Source of the DNA: a virus
Taxonomy: Duplodnaviria; Caudoviricetes
Direction: 5' to 3' (one strand)
IMG/VR virus record: IMGVR_UViG_3300037473_000050
Span: 1 to 40,413 of that record
DNA: 40,413 nucleotides
This document shows, piece by piece, positions 24,063 through 32,294 of the stretch (its first letter is position 1; every line of letters starts with the position of its first letter). Made by a program: the position numbers and the translations under genes. The notes under the pieces were generated by a model. It worked only from the letters and a program-made list of their open reading frames with translations. It was not told the DNA's origin and searched no databases.

Positions 24063-25340
24063 TCAGTAAGTCGCCGGGGTGATCGTCAGGTGTTTGCCGA
24101 GTTGCAGGTTGCAATCCTCGACGCCCGCCTGAAAGATTTTGATTCCGTTCGTGAACGTGCAGGTTCGCAGCCGATCGCTGATCGTCCCGCCCCCCGTCAG
24201 GTTGCAGTTCGTCACCGTCCGCGAGAGGTTCGTATTGTTGAAGTTGGCGGTGCCGTTCTGGTAGACGGAAAGCGTCGTGATCGTGCCCGAGGATTCGTAA
24301 TACAGCGTCCCGCCCGAGACGTTGATGGTGGTGTGCGCTCCCCCCTTAAGCGTGAAGTCGCCGTTGTCGTTCGACACGGTCGTGGCTGCCGATTCCGTGG
24401 TAAGTGTGCCGCCAGCTTTGTTGATCGTCGTCAGCGTCACGCCCGAACCGCAGTAGAGATTGCCCCCCACTTGTCGGAGCGTGGCAATTGTCGATGTCTC
24501 CGCCGCCAGAATCGCAACCCCCACGTCGCCGTTGTAGACGTTGAGCACATTGCTCGCATTGGTCCCCCGGAGCATCAGAGACGGGAATCCCGACTCTGTG
24601 CGCGAGCCCGTGTTGAACACACTGACAGCCGTCTGGACAGAACCGAAGTTGATTTTGATCCGCCCCGAGCCGTTCCCCGTTCCCCGCCCGATGGTGACGG
24701 TGGTAGCGCTGATCTTCAGGTACGTATCCCGGTATTCGGCGTACTGCGCAGAGCCCGAGCCGTTCTTGACCGGCAATCCGATCTTCCCCGTGTATCGGGC
24801 GCTGATCGTCAGCGTGGTGAGCGTGGTCGCGTTCTGGTCGAGACCATAGAGGCAATCGACATTGCCGTCGTCGAAGTACACGTCATCCGATCCAGTCGGC
24901 ACCGCACCGCCCGACCAGTTGTCCACGTTGTCGAAGTAGTTCGGTCCCGTGGCTGTCGTGGCGTGCGCCGCCGTCGCCGTGCCGGTTCCCGCTGTAACTT
25001 CGGTCGAGGAGATCGTCCACGGCACACCAGCGGTATTTGCGGTCAGAGTCACCACCGATCCCGAGACAGTCGCCGTGATCTGGTTGAACTCGGGAATCGA
25101 CGGACCCCCGCCAGACGGTGAGAACGAGGCGCTGGTGTCGGTCAGCGTCTCGTTCATGAACGCCTGCTTGATCGTCGTCGCCACCTGTGCCGTTGTGACC
25201 AGCGTTCCGATCGTGATGACCAGATCATTGCCGTTGATCGTGATGGTCGCCGCGTCACTGGTAGCCCATGTGTTGGCGATCGTAATCGTCCACTTGTCCT
25301 TGATGGCGACGGCATTGCCGAGCCAGATGCGACTTGCCAT
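24063..25340 (-). CDS. Thr/Gly/Asn-rich beta-helix-like virion protein
   Basis: 425 aa; NWSGGAVPTGSDDVYFD followed by repetitive T.T.N..GG strands. Confidence 0.65.
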   Translation of the reverse strand: MASRIWLGNAVAIKDKWTITIANTWATSDAATITINGNDLVITIGTLVTTAQVATTIKQAFMNETLTDTSASFSPSGGGPSIPEFNQITATVSGSVVTLTANTAGVPWTISSTEVTAGTGTATAAHATTATGPNYFDNVDNWSGGAVPTGSDDVYFDDGNVDCLYGLDQNATTLTTLTISARYTGKIGLPVKNGSGSAQYAEYRDTYLKISATTVTIGRGTGNGSGRIKINFGSVQTAVSVFNTGSRTESGFPSLMLRGTNASNVLNVYNGDVGVAILAAETSTIATLRQVGGNLYCGSGVTLTTINKAGGTLTTESAATTVSNDNGDFTLKGGAHTTINVSGGTLYYESSGTITTLSVYQNGTANFNNTNLSRTVTNCNLTGGGTISDRLRTCTFTNGIKIFQAGVEDCNLQLGKHLTITPATY

Positions 25341-25348
25341 GTTTCACC

Positions 25349-26293
25349 TCACGGAAGATTGAGCGGCGTAAATGGCAGCTCGCGGTAAATGTGGAACTTG
25401 TGAATGAAAGGCTGGACTTCGGAAAGCGTGGCATCCATCGACGGGAAAATCAGACGGTGCCCGAATCCATCCAGAAGCGTCGGTTCGGCGACTTTCACGC
25501 CGTCCTGATTCGTGATGTGGTTGTAGCCCTTCACGATTCCAGCAGCGTCTTTCGGCTTTCGCTTCTTCAGGTCGTCGAGGTCTCCCTGGTTCCAGCGGTC
25601 ACGCATCCCCGCATCAACCACCTGTGCCAGCCACGTCTCAAAGTTGAAATGGAACTCGAACTTGACCTCCCAATATTGATAGCCCTTCTCCAGCTTCAGG
25701 GAGGCTTGCGGAGGCTTGAACATCACCGTGTACTGCGGGAACCCCAGCCACTCGTCCGAATTGATGGCGTTGGAGTACTGATAAGCCAAGAGGGGATTGA
25801 ATTGCCCGAGGTTCTTGGTGATCCGCAGCGCCAATCGGGAATCGTCCTTCGGGAGCGGAGGGTCGAACAGATCCCACGCCGAATTGCGGATCGGCACCCA
25901 GGTATTCCGGACTTTGTGGAAGATGGCGAGCGACTGAAACTCGACGAACCCCCACTCGATGGTCGGAGCGAGATTGACCTCCTGCGGCTGCGGCAGAGTC
26001 AATCCACCAGTGCCATTGTTGGCGGCCGTCGTGAAGTTGCTGGTGACGAGAAACGACTTATCGGAATCCGCTTCGCGCTTCACGTCCCGCGACTGGAGGA
26101 AGGCGAACTTATCGTCCTCCGTGTCCCCCTTGTAATAATCCCCATACTGCGGAACTCCGGCGACGTTCTTGGCGGAGATCGGTCCAGACTGGTAGCCGTC
26201 GAACACCACCTGATGAACCTGCACGTATTCGCGCAGTCCGGTCAGATCGTCCCGGGTCTGGATGTCGGAGCGTTTGTTGACGACGTATGCCAT
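25349..26293 (-). CDS. distal tail/hub-like protein (hypothetical)
   Basis: 314 aa immediately downstream of the tape measure. Confidence 0.6.
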   Translation of the reverse strand: MAYVVNKRSDIQTRDDLTGLREYVQVHQVVFDGYQSGPISAKNVAGVPQYGDYYKGDTEDDKFAFLQSRDVKREADSDKSFLVTSNFTTAANNGTGGLTLPQPQEVNLAPTIEWGFVEFQSLAIFHKVRNTWVPIRNSAWDLFDPPLPKDDSRLALRITKNLGQFNPLLAYQYSNAINSDEWLGFPQYTVMFKPPQASLKLEKGYQYWEVKFEFHFNFETWLAQVVDAGMRDRWNQGDLDDLKKRKPKDAAGIVKGYNHITNQDGVKVAEPTLLDGFGHRLIFPSMDATLSEVQPFIHKFHIYRELPFTPLNLP

Positions 26294-27477
26294 CAGAAGG
26301 CTGGCCCCGCTGCAGGCATCTTTCCGAGTCCCTTCACCGCCGACTCAACTTTCTCAACCGCCTTCGTCGTCCGGTCCGCCGCCTTGACGCCTTCGTCCGG
26401 TCCCTTGGCGGTTCTGCCGGAGAGCGCGCGGGCGATGACGGAGAACCCCTCTTTCGTGTTCAGCTCGATGGCGGGATTCTTGATCGTGATGCGCTTGCCG
26501 GCAGCCTCGATGTCTGATGCCGGCATTCCACCGATCACTGGCGGACCGGCGGCTGCAGCGGATCGGGATTCCTTGCGACGTTCTTCCATGATCTTCAGGT
26601 CGCGACCAATTTCCTCTCGGCTGGCACCTCCGAGAATCCCCCCGATCACGGCACCTATTTCCTCCATGTCATCGCGAACCTCTCGCCATGAATCAGAAAG
26701 GTACCGGACGGACGGAGTCACGACGTTCTTGATCGTGTCCGCTAGAAGATTCAGGTAATCCACCAGTGTCTCGGAAGTGCCGGCAGCGAACTCAAACTTG
26801 AGTCCCTCCCATGCCGCTCCCAGCCGCTTGAATGCGTCGTCAGCAAGCCCGGCGCGCTCGCTCAATGCGTTCAGGTCCGTGCCGTAGAATGAACGTGCTT
26901 CGCTCCTGAGAGCCTGGATTCCACCCGCTCCGCGATTCAGGGTCGTGATCAGTGCCTGCCCGGACTTCCCGAAGATGTCGGTAACGGCAGCGGCCCGAGC
27001 CATCGGGTCTTCGATTTTGGAAATCGCGTCAGCCACATCGAGGAACGTCCGCTCCGGTCCCTGCTTGGCAATCTCTTCGAGGCTCTTTCCGATGCGCCCG
27101 GAAAGCACGGCCGCCGTCTTGCCGCCTTCCTCGGAGGCGTCACCGAGGATCTTGTTCATCTTGAGCAGTGCGGCGTTCAAGTCCTCCGCAGACGTGTCCG
27201 ACAGTTCTGCGGCATACTGGAGTTCCTTTAGCGCCTGAGCACTGACACCGACCCGCTCCGCCTGTGCGGCAAGGTCGTCCAGTTTCTGGATTCCATCCTT
27301 GACCCAGTCGAACGCCTGCTTGGCAGCCGCAAACGTCAGGAAGCTGGCGACAGCCCCCTTGACCATGTTCGCGGACTTCGACAAGTTGCCCAGATCGCCG
27401 CGCGCCTGGTTAATGCCCCGCGTGAACTCAGACGAGTTCATCGAGAGCTTGGCGACGAGGCTGGCGATGTCACTCAT
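26293..27477 (-). CDS. tape measure protein (short)
   Basis: IASLVAKLSMNSSEFTRG start, Ala-rich helical body, LQYAAELS and IFGKSG motifs; follows the chaperones. Confidence 0.8.
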   Translation of the reverse strand: MSDIASLVAKLSMNSSEFTRGINQARGDLGNLSKSANMVKGAVASFLTFAAAKQAFDWVKDGIQKLDDLAAQAERVGVSAQALKELQYAAELSDTSAEDLNAALLKMNKILGDASEEGGKTAAVLSGRIGKSLEEIAKQGPERTFLDVADAISKIEDPMARAAAVTDIFGKSGQALITTLNRGAGGIQALRSEARSFYGTDLNALSERAGLADDAFKRLGAAWEGLKFEFAAGTSETLVDYLNLLADTIKNVVTPSVRYLSDSWREVRDDMEEIGAVIGGILGGASREEIGRDLKIMEERRKESRSAAAAGPPVIGGMPASDIEAAGKRITIKNPAIELNTKEGFSVIARALSGRTAKGPDEGVKAADRTTKAVEKVESAVKGLGKMPAAGPAF

Positions 27478-27805
27478 CTCGACTCCGCGTTTCTATCTTC
27501 GCCCCCGCCAGTACGAACTGACGGAGGATGTCTGCGCCCGATTGTGGTTTCTGTTCTGGCGGAAACGGCATGAAGTCCTTTGGCTGACAATCCGCACCCA
27601 TCGCCTGCGCAATACCGGATGCCGCGATCGCACTCCGCAAGTCCGCACGATCGTCGCCAAACGGCTCAATCTCATAGAACGCCTGCCAGTACGTCATCAG
27701 CCACGACGGCATCTCCCGCAGCATCTGGAACGGGTCACGCTCACCCAGCATCAGGGCGAGCTTGAAGGCGAACCAGAGCCCGGTTCCCCGGGCGAGTCTT
27801 TTTTT
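27470..27805 (-). CDS. tail assembly chaperone GT C-terminal part (via -1 frameshift)
   Basis: The -1 frame from the slippery site reads RLARGTGLWFAFKLALMLG...WQAFYEIEPFGDDRADLR. Confidence 0.8.
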   Translation of the reverse strand, partial: KKRLARGTGLWFAFKLALMLGERDPFQMLREMPSWLMTYWQAFYEIEPFGDDRADLRSAIAASGIAQAMGADCQPKDFMPFPPEQKPQSGADILRQFVLAGAKIETRSRDE

Positions 27806-28137
27806 GCGGCATCCACTTCCTCCCGAGAGATCCCCGAGAGCCTGAGAGCAATCCCCGCAATCCGGTCCAGAGCCGATCCCGACTTCTTCCCGAGGGCTTC
27901 CGTGTCATCCGTCTGAAACAAACGGTTGCCCTCCGCATCGAAGCAGGACATGACTGCCAGCTTGGCTCGGAAGTTCCGCAAGCGCTCGGGACCGTCGGGG
28001 AGCGATGCCTCGAAGGCATCGCGCTCGATTGAGTTCATCCCCCGGAGCCAGACCGACACCCCCCACTCAGGGATCGTGACTTCCCGCAATTGCAGCGACG
28101 AATCCTCGCCACCCAGAATCGAATCACGCAGACTCAT
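27751..28137 (-). CDS. tail assembly chaperone (gpG-like)
   Basis: EVTIPEWGVSVWLRGM...ERDAFE...DAEGNRLF; ends past an A7 slippery site. Confidence 0.85.
   Translation of the reverse strand: MSLRDSILGGEDSSLQLREVTIPEWGVSVWLRGMNSIERDAFEASLPDGPERLRNFRAKLAVMSCFDAEGNRLFQTDDTEALGKKSGSALDRIAGIALRLSGISREEVDAAKKDSPGEPGSGSPSSSP
27778..27805 (-). promoter_or_regulatory. programmed -1 ribosomal frameshift signal
   Basis: A-AAA-AAA heptamer (27805-27799), 5-nt spacer, GCCCGG-GGAA-CCGGGC stimulatory hairpin. Confidence 0.85.
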
Positions 28138-28456
28138 TGATTTCCCCTCTCAGGACTGCCTCGAACTCGGCATGTCGTTGTTCTTCTTCCGCCTTCCGCT
28201 CCTGTTCCGTCAGCTTGGCGGTCGCTTCCTCGATAGCACGCTGCTGTTTCGCCTGCTCTTCAGCCATGACCCTAATCCGGTCCTGCCTGCCTTTCCGTGC
28301 AGCCTCCAGCTGCGCGAATTCCGCCTTGGCTTCGTCGTCGACGGGCTCAGCCACTTCTAGACGCAGAAGCCAGAAGGCATCCGGACGCTCGATCAGCTCG
28401 CCGGGCTTCAGCGGTCCGTCAGCCGTGTCAATCTGTTTGGTCAATCGGACTTTCAT
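28124..28456 (-). CDS. hypothetical coiled-coil protein
   Basis: ATG 28456 after AAGGT; MKVRLTKQ... Confidence 0.6.
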   Translation of the reverse strand: MKVRLTKQIDTADGPLKPGELIERPDAFWLLRLEVAEPVDDEAKAEFAQLEAARKGRQDRIRVMAEEQAKQQRAIEEATAKLTEQERKAEEEQRHAEFEAVLRGEINESA

Positions 28457-28464
28457 GGGGCACC

Positions 28465-28878
28465 TTACGGAGTGACGGTAACGGCACCGGAAACCTTGAT
28501 CGTCCCGTTGATCGGCACGATGCCGTCCACGTTTGCCTCGCCGTATTCCAGAGCGGTCAGGAACCCGGAGAAGGCAATCACGGCCGCGCCGGCATCGTTC
28601 AGGACGATGTTCCAGCTCTCCATGATCCCGCCCGTCCAGCTCGTCTCCAGGTACTGGTGGGTGGCATTCGCCGGGTCGTACCATCCTGAGAACGAGACTT
28701 CCCCGGAATCGCAGATCCCGGCAAGGAACGTCTTGTGCGACAGCGACAGATCCGTGGTGTCAATCGCCGTCTTCGTCTTGCGGGGACCGCTGAACGTCAC
28801 CTGCTGCGCCACGGCGGTCTGTGACGCACTGATGGAGACCTTGAGCTGGCTGCCCCTGCCGGGTGTATATGCTGCCAT
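28465..28878 (-). CDS. major tail tube protein
   Basis: IDTTDLS...FLAGICDSGEVSFSG...FSGFLT...IKVSG; GAGGAG SD. Confidence 0.8.
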   Translation of the reverse strand: MAAYTPGRGSQLKVSISASQTAVAQQVTFSGPRKTKTAIDTTDLSLSHKTFLAGICDSGEVSFSGWYDPANATHQYLETSWTGGIMESWNIVLNDAGAAVIAFSGFLTALEYGEANVDGIVPINGTIKVSGAVTVTP

Positions 28879-28925
28879 AACTAACGCTCCTCACGCCTCG
28901 CGGCAGATTGAGCAATGATTTTCAG

Positions 28926-29486
28926 TTAGAGACCGCCGGCTTGGCGGACTTTGTCGCTCAGTTTCTTGGCTTCCCGCTCGATTCCGTTCTGGACGGCGGC
29001 AATCATCGCCTGCAGCGCCTTCGGATAGCCTCTGGCAACGCCGTCTTTCACAATGTTCGGGACTTGCGGCGGCATCCGTCCGGTTGAATGTCCGGTCTTC
29101 GTCTGCCGCGACTTCGTCCCGAGAACAAACCAGTGGACATTCTGCGGACCAATTCCCACGCCTTTCGCCTGTCCCGCTTTGTGTGCTGCGGTTCGGGCGT
29201 CAATCTTCTTCTGTCTCGCCTTGCTGACCTTTCCGACTGCCACACCGACCTTGCCGGCAGGGTCCATCCCCTTCACAGACCGCAGCATTCGCATGCCGAT
29301 CAGCGGCTTGATCTGCTTCCACTCGCTCGGGATCTCCCCCTGAATCGATTTCCGCAGAACTCTCAGCCCAGTCCGCGTTGCCCCCCGCAGGATGAAGAAT
29401 TGCGTTTTGTCCTTGAACTGACCGAGACCGGTGCGCAAGGCAGCAATCTGCCGCTCGAAGCTCGGATCAATTACCGGACCGTCCAT
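28926..29486 (-). CDS. HK97 gp10-like tail completion/neck protein
   Basis: Basic protein; HWFVLGTKSR...GRMPP motif; position in the neck module. Confidence 0.65.
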   Translation of the reverse strand: MDGPVIDPSFERQIAALRTGLGQFKDKTQFFILRGATRTGLRVLRKSIQGEIPSEWKQIKPLIGMRMLRSVKGMDPAGKVGVAVGKVSKARQKKIDARTAAHKAGQAKGVGIGPQNVHWFVLGTKSRQTKTGHSTGRMPPQVPNIVKDGVARGYPKALQAMIAAVQNGIEREAKKLSDKVRQAGGL

Positions 29487-29489
29487 TGC

Positions 29490-29948
29490 CTATCCCCGCA
29501 ATCGCCGCCAGGTGAAGAACGCCTCGGCGTAGAACTCCCGCTTGATCCGCACGGCGTCAAAGTCGTACAGCTCGTCCACTTCCCGATTCACCCAGATCAG
29601 ATTGTTGGCATGCACGTTCGTTTCGATGATGCTCCACACGGAACGGCACAACGAAACCAACTGCCGCACCTCCTCTGCCGTCCCCTCGCTGAGCTTCTTC
29701 GCTATGGCAACATGGATCTCGATCGAGTCCTCGATGATTCCGTCGAGAGTATTCGGAACGGAACTCGAATCCGCCGGAATGACGAACACCCTGACGCCGG
29801 TTCCCGCCTTCGAGAGGTCGGTTGCCCCCGCAGGGTCGAGTTCTGCAGTCACCTGAAAGGCACCGAAGTTCGCCGAATCCAACGCCGCTGTGTTGACCGC
29901 CGAAACGATCAGGTCGGCAACTGCGAATTCGACTGCATCTAACAGCAT
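29490..29948 (-). CDS. tail terminator-like protein
   Basis: ATG 29948 overlaps the upstream stop; position in the neck module. Confidence 0.55.
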   Translation of the reverse strand: MLLDAVEFAVADLIVSAVNTAALDSANFGAFQVTAELDPAGATDLSKAGTGVRVFVIPADSSSVPNTLDGIIEDSIEIHVAIAKKLSEGTAEEVRQLVSLCRSVWSIIETNVHANNLIWVNREVDELYDFDAVRIKREFYAEAFFTWRRLRG

Positions 29949-30313
29949 CAACCGACTTCCTTCGCGTGGATTCTCAGCATGCCCTTCGTCGAGTCGTCGC
30001 AATAACTGAAGCACAGCCCGCTGATCTGGTCGGGAAGCACTTCATACGTCACGTCGTCGAATTCAATTGCGTCCCCCGTCTGCGGCTCTGCCTGATTCCC
30101 GGACAGAATCAATGCCGACGACAGAATCATGAAGTCGACCTGCTCCGAAGAACGCTGCACCTGCTGCGTCGATGTCGCGACATTCGCCATAATGCCGAAC
30201 GTCGCGGACACGTCCGCATAGGACGCTCCGCGACGATACCGCACCGTCTGGCTCGCATTCGCGCTCAGTGTCGAATCGAGCCAGTTGGACGCTCTGGCGA
30301 GCATGTCGCCCAT
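29948..30313 (-). CDS. head-closure / head-tail joining protein (FII-like)
   Basis: VRYRRG...DFMI...EPQTGDAI...YEV...LRIHAK. Confidence 0.65.
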   Translation of the reverse strand: MGDMLARASNWLDSTLSANASQTVRYRRGASYADVSATFGIMANVATSTQQVQRSSEQVDFMILSSALILSGNQAEPQTGDAIEFDDVTYEVLPDQISGLCFSYCDDSTKGMLRIHAKEVG

Positions 30314-30316
30314 TGG

Positions 30317-30550
30317 TTACTTCTTCTTCTCGGGTGCAGTCAGCTTTTCCAGGTCGGCTTCCGAGGGTTCCGCCTTGGCTTCCTTCCTGCTGCTGACGCC
30401 GATGATGGAGGCAGGGCCACAGACAGCCCTGATCTCCTCAACCTTGCTTTCAGGAAGATCGACGGTGTCGCCTTCCTTGCAATTTGCGAGATCAAGGCCC
30501 AGTTGCTGGGCGTGACGACTGCCGATGTTGGTTGCGAATCTGACGTTCAT
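30317..30550 (-). CDS. small hypothetical virion-associated protein
   Basis: 77 aa with GGAG SD. Confidence 0.5.
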   Translation of the reverse strand: MNVRFATNIGSRHAQQLGLDLANCKEGDTVDLPESKVEEIRAVCGPASIIGVSSRKEAKAEPSEADLEKLTAPEKKK

Positions 30551-30561
30551 AAAAGCTCCGA

Positions 30562-30945
30562 TTAGTTGCCGCCGTAGATCGGGTTGTGCAGCACGATGCA
30601 GTTCGTGTTAGCCCCGCCGCCGCCGTTCTTGACGATCGTCCCGAAGACAGCGTTGTTCGTGCTGGCGGTCGTGAACTTGTTGTTGGTGTCGTCCCAGTAG
30701 ACTTTGGCACCGTTGGCGGCGTTGTTCAGGTTGATCCCCTGATACTGCCCGCCACCAGCGTCGAGCTGCCCCTGGATGTTGTTGGTGATCGCGTGCGAGG
30801 CAACGCAGGCGATTGCACCAGCGCCGCCCGTGTTCGCCGTGACGGTTCCGACCACGACCACCTGACCGAGAGCGATGTCTCCGGCAGCCGGGGTGTAGTC
30901 GATGTTCGCGTAAACAGAACCTTTGACGAGGACAACGTCAGCCAT
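30562..30945 (-). CDS. capsid cement/decoration protein (DUF2190-like)
   Basis: IDYTPAAGDIALGQVVVVG...GAKVYWDDTN. Confidence 0.75.
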   Translation of the reverse strand: MADVVLVKGSVYANIDYTPAAGDIALGQVVVVGTVTANTGGAGAIACVASHAITNNIQGQLDAGGGQYQGINLNNAANGAKVYWDDTNNKFTTASTNNAVFGTIVKNGGGGANTNCIVLHNPIYGGN

Positions 30946-30947
30946 GT

Positions 30948-32213
30948 TCAGGCCTCCTGAGGAATAAGAGCCGGTGGTCGAACCACGGCCAGAGTTTTGG
31001 TGAGAGAAACCAGCTCGCCCCCTTCGGCGAGCAATTCGTCGACAACCTGATCCACCCCGGGATCGATGCCCCCCCGGTAGTCGTGGAAGGCAATCAGCCC
31101 GCCATCCGCGAGAACGGCGAGAACCTTTTCGAGGTCCGCAACGACAGAGGCGTAATCGTGCGCCCCATCGATGAATGCGAAGTCGAATTCACCGGCGATC
31201 GGATCTTCGGGGCGATGCTTCGTGACCTTGGCAGCGCATCCGTGGCGAAGGAGTGACTTGTCGAACTCCCCAGCATAGTCGCCGTAGAAATCAACCTTTG
31301 GGCTATCGAAGAAATCGACGGCCGTCACATGCTTTGCAAACCGGGCCATGCAGACGGTGGAACGCCCGCAGTAGCTGCCGATCTCCAGCACTCGCTTGCC
31401 GGCCGCCAGTTCGGCGAGCTTTCCGCCCTCTTCGGGAGTCAGCCAGCCTTTGATGTCGTGTGGGAATGCTCCGGGCACAGGGCTCCGAGTCATCAGCTCT
31501 TCGTCGTAGGTGTCCGTCCCCCAGACGTGATCGTTGGTAAACTTCATCGCCCCGGCGTGCTCAAGCCGCACCTTGCGCGTGGCACCGATCTTCAGGCCAA
31601 GCTCGTTGCATTGGCGGGAGAAGTGCCAGTCCTCCGGCTCGGTCTGCGACTGATAGCAGCCGAGTTGAGTGTTGAAGACGACCCGGTCGCGGATCTCAAA
31701 TTTCAGTTGCCGGCAAATCTCCTGGTTCCACTTCATGACCCAGCAGCCGGTGTTCAGCAGCAGCGGACGACCGACATCCTTTTCGGTGAACGTCTCGGGA
31801 AGCTGGTACACGTCGTGCATCGTCAGCTTCGAGAATTGAACCCACGGGATATCGCCAGCTAGCGCCGTGCTTGTGATTCCCCTGCGATCCTTGATCGGCA
31901 CCACAGCACTGAGCACGTCGAGGTTCTTCTCTTCCAGTTCATTGATCAGAACGTCGAGCCAATACGGCTCGGGGCCGATGTCATCATGTAGCATCGCGAA
32001 GTATTCGACGCGCTCCCCCTGATGAACGGCATTGAGGGCGTAAACCCAGAGTCGATTGAAGTTGGACGCGAGAAGCGAACCGCCTCGATAGACGCAGTCC
32101 ACGTTTGCCATGTCGCGCGAAGCGAGATGCCAGAAGGCAATGGCTGACGAACCCTGTACTCGGCCGTCATAGCCGGGCATGCCCAGAACAATCTTGGCGT
32201 TTGGATCTCGCAC
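30948..32213 (-). CDS. GT-A glycosyltransferase fused to class I SAM methyltransferase
   Basis: N-terminal FAMLHDD and EDWHFS motifs; C-terminal VLEIGSYCGRST, FDFAFIDGAHDY and GGLIAFHDY. Confidence 0.85.
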   Translation of the reverse strand: MRDPNAKIVLGMPGYDGRVQGSSAIAFWHLASRDMANVDCVYRGGSLLASNFNRLWVYALNAVHQGERVEYFAMLHDDIGPEPYWLDVLINELEEKNLDVLSAVVPIKDRRGITSTALAGDIPWVQFSKLTMHDVYQLPETFTEKDVGRPLLLNTGCWVMKWNQEICRQLKFEIRDRVVFNTQLGCYQSQTEPEDWHFSRQCNELGLKIGATRKVRLEHAGAMKFTNDHVWGTDTYDEELMTRSPVPGAFPHDIKGWLTPEEGGKLAELAAGKRVLEIGSYCGRSTVCMARFAKHVTAVDFFDSPKVDFYGDYAGEFDKSLLRHGCAAKVTKHRPEDPIAGEFDFAFIDGAHDYASVVADLEKVLAVLADGGLIAFHDYRGGIDPGVDQVVDELLAEGGELVSLTKTLAVVRPPALIPQEA

Positions 32214-32240
32214 GAGAACGAATTCCTGTCGTGTGTTTCT

Positions 32241-32275
32241 GAAAACCGGGCGGAGCCAGAACGACCCCGCCCGGT
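32241..32275 (-). terminator. terminator-like hairpin after the capsid gene
   Basis: ACCGGGCGG/CCGCCCGGT stem followed by a short U tract. Confidence 0.55.
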
Positions 32276-32294
32276 GAACATCAAATTGCGGTGG

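Noticed and set aside
24090-25121. 343-aa plus-strand Arg-rich ORF
   Set aside because: Antisense shadow of the beta-helix virion gene
25334-26758. 474-aa plus-strand ORF
   Set aside because: Antisense shadow of tail genes caused by high-GC codon bias; no protein motifs
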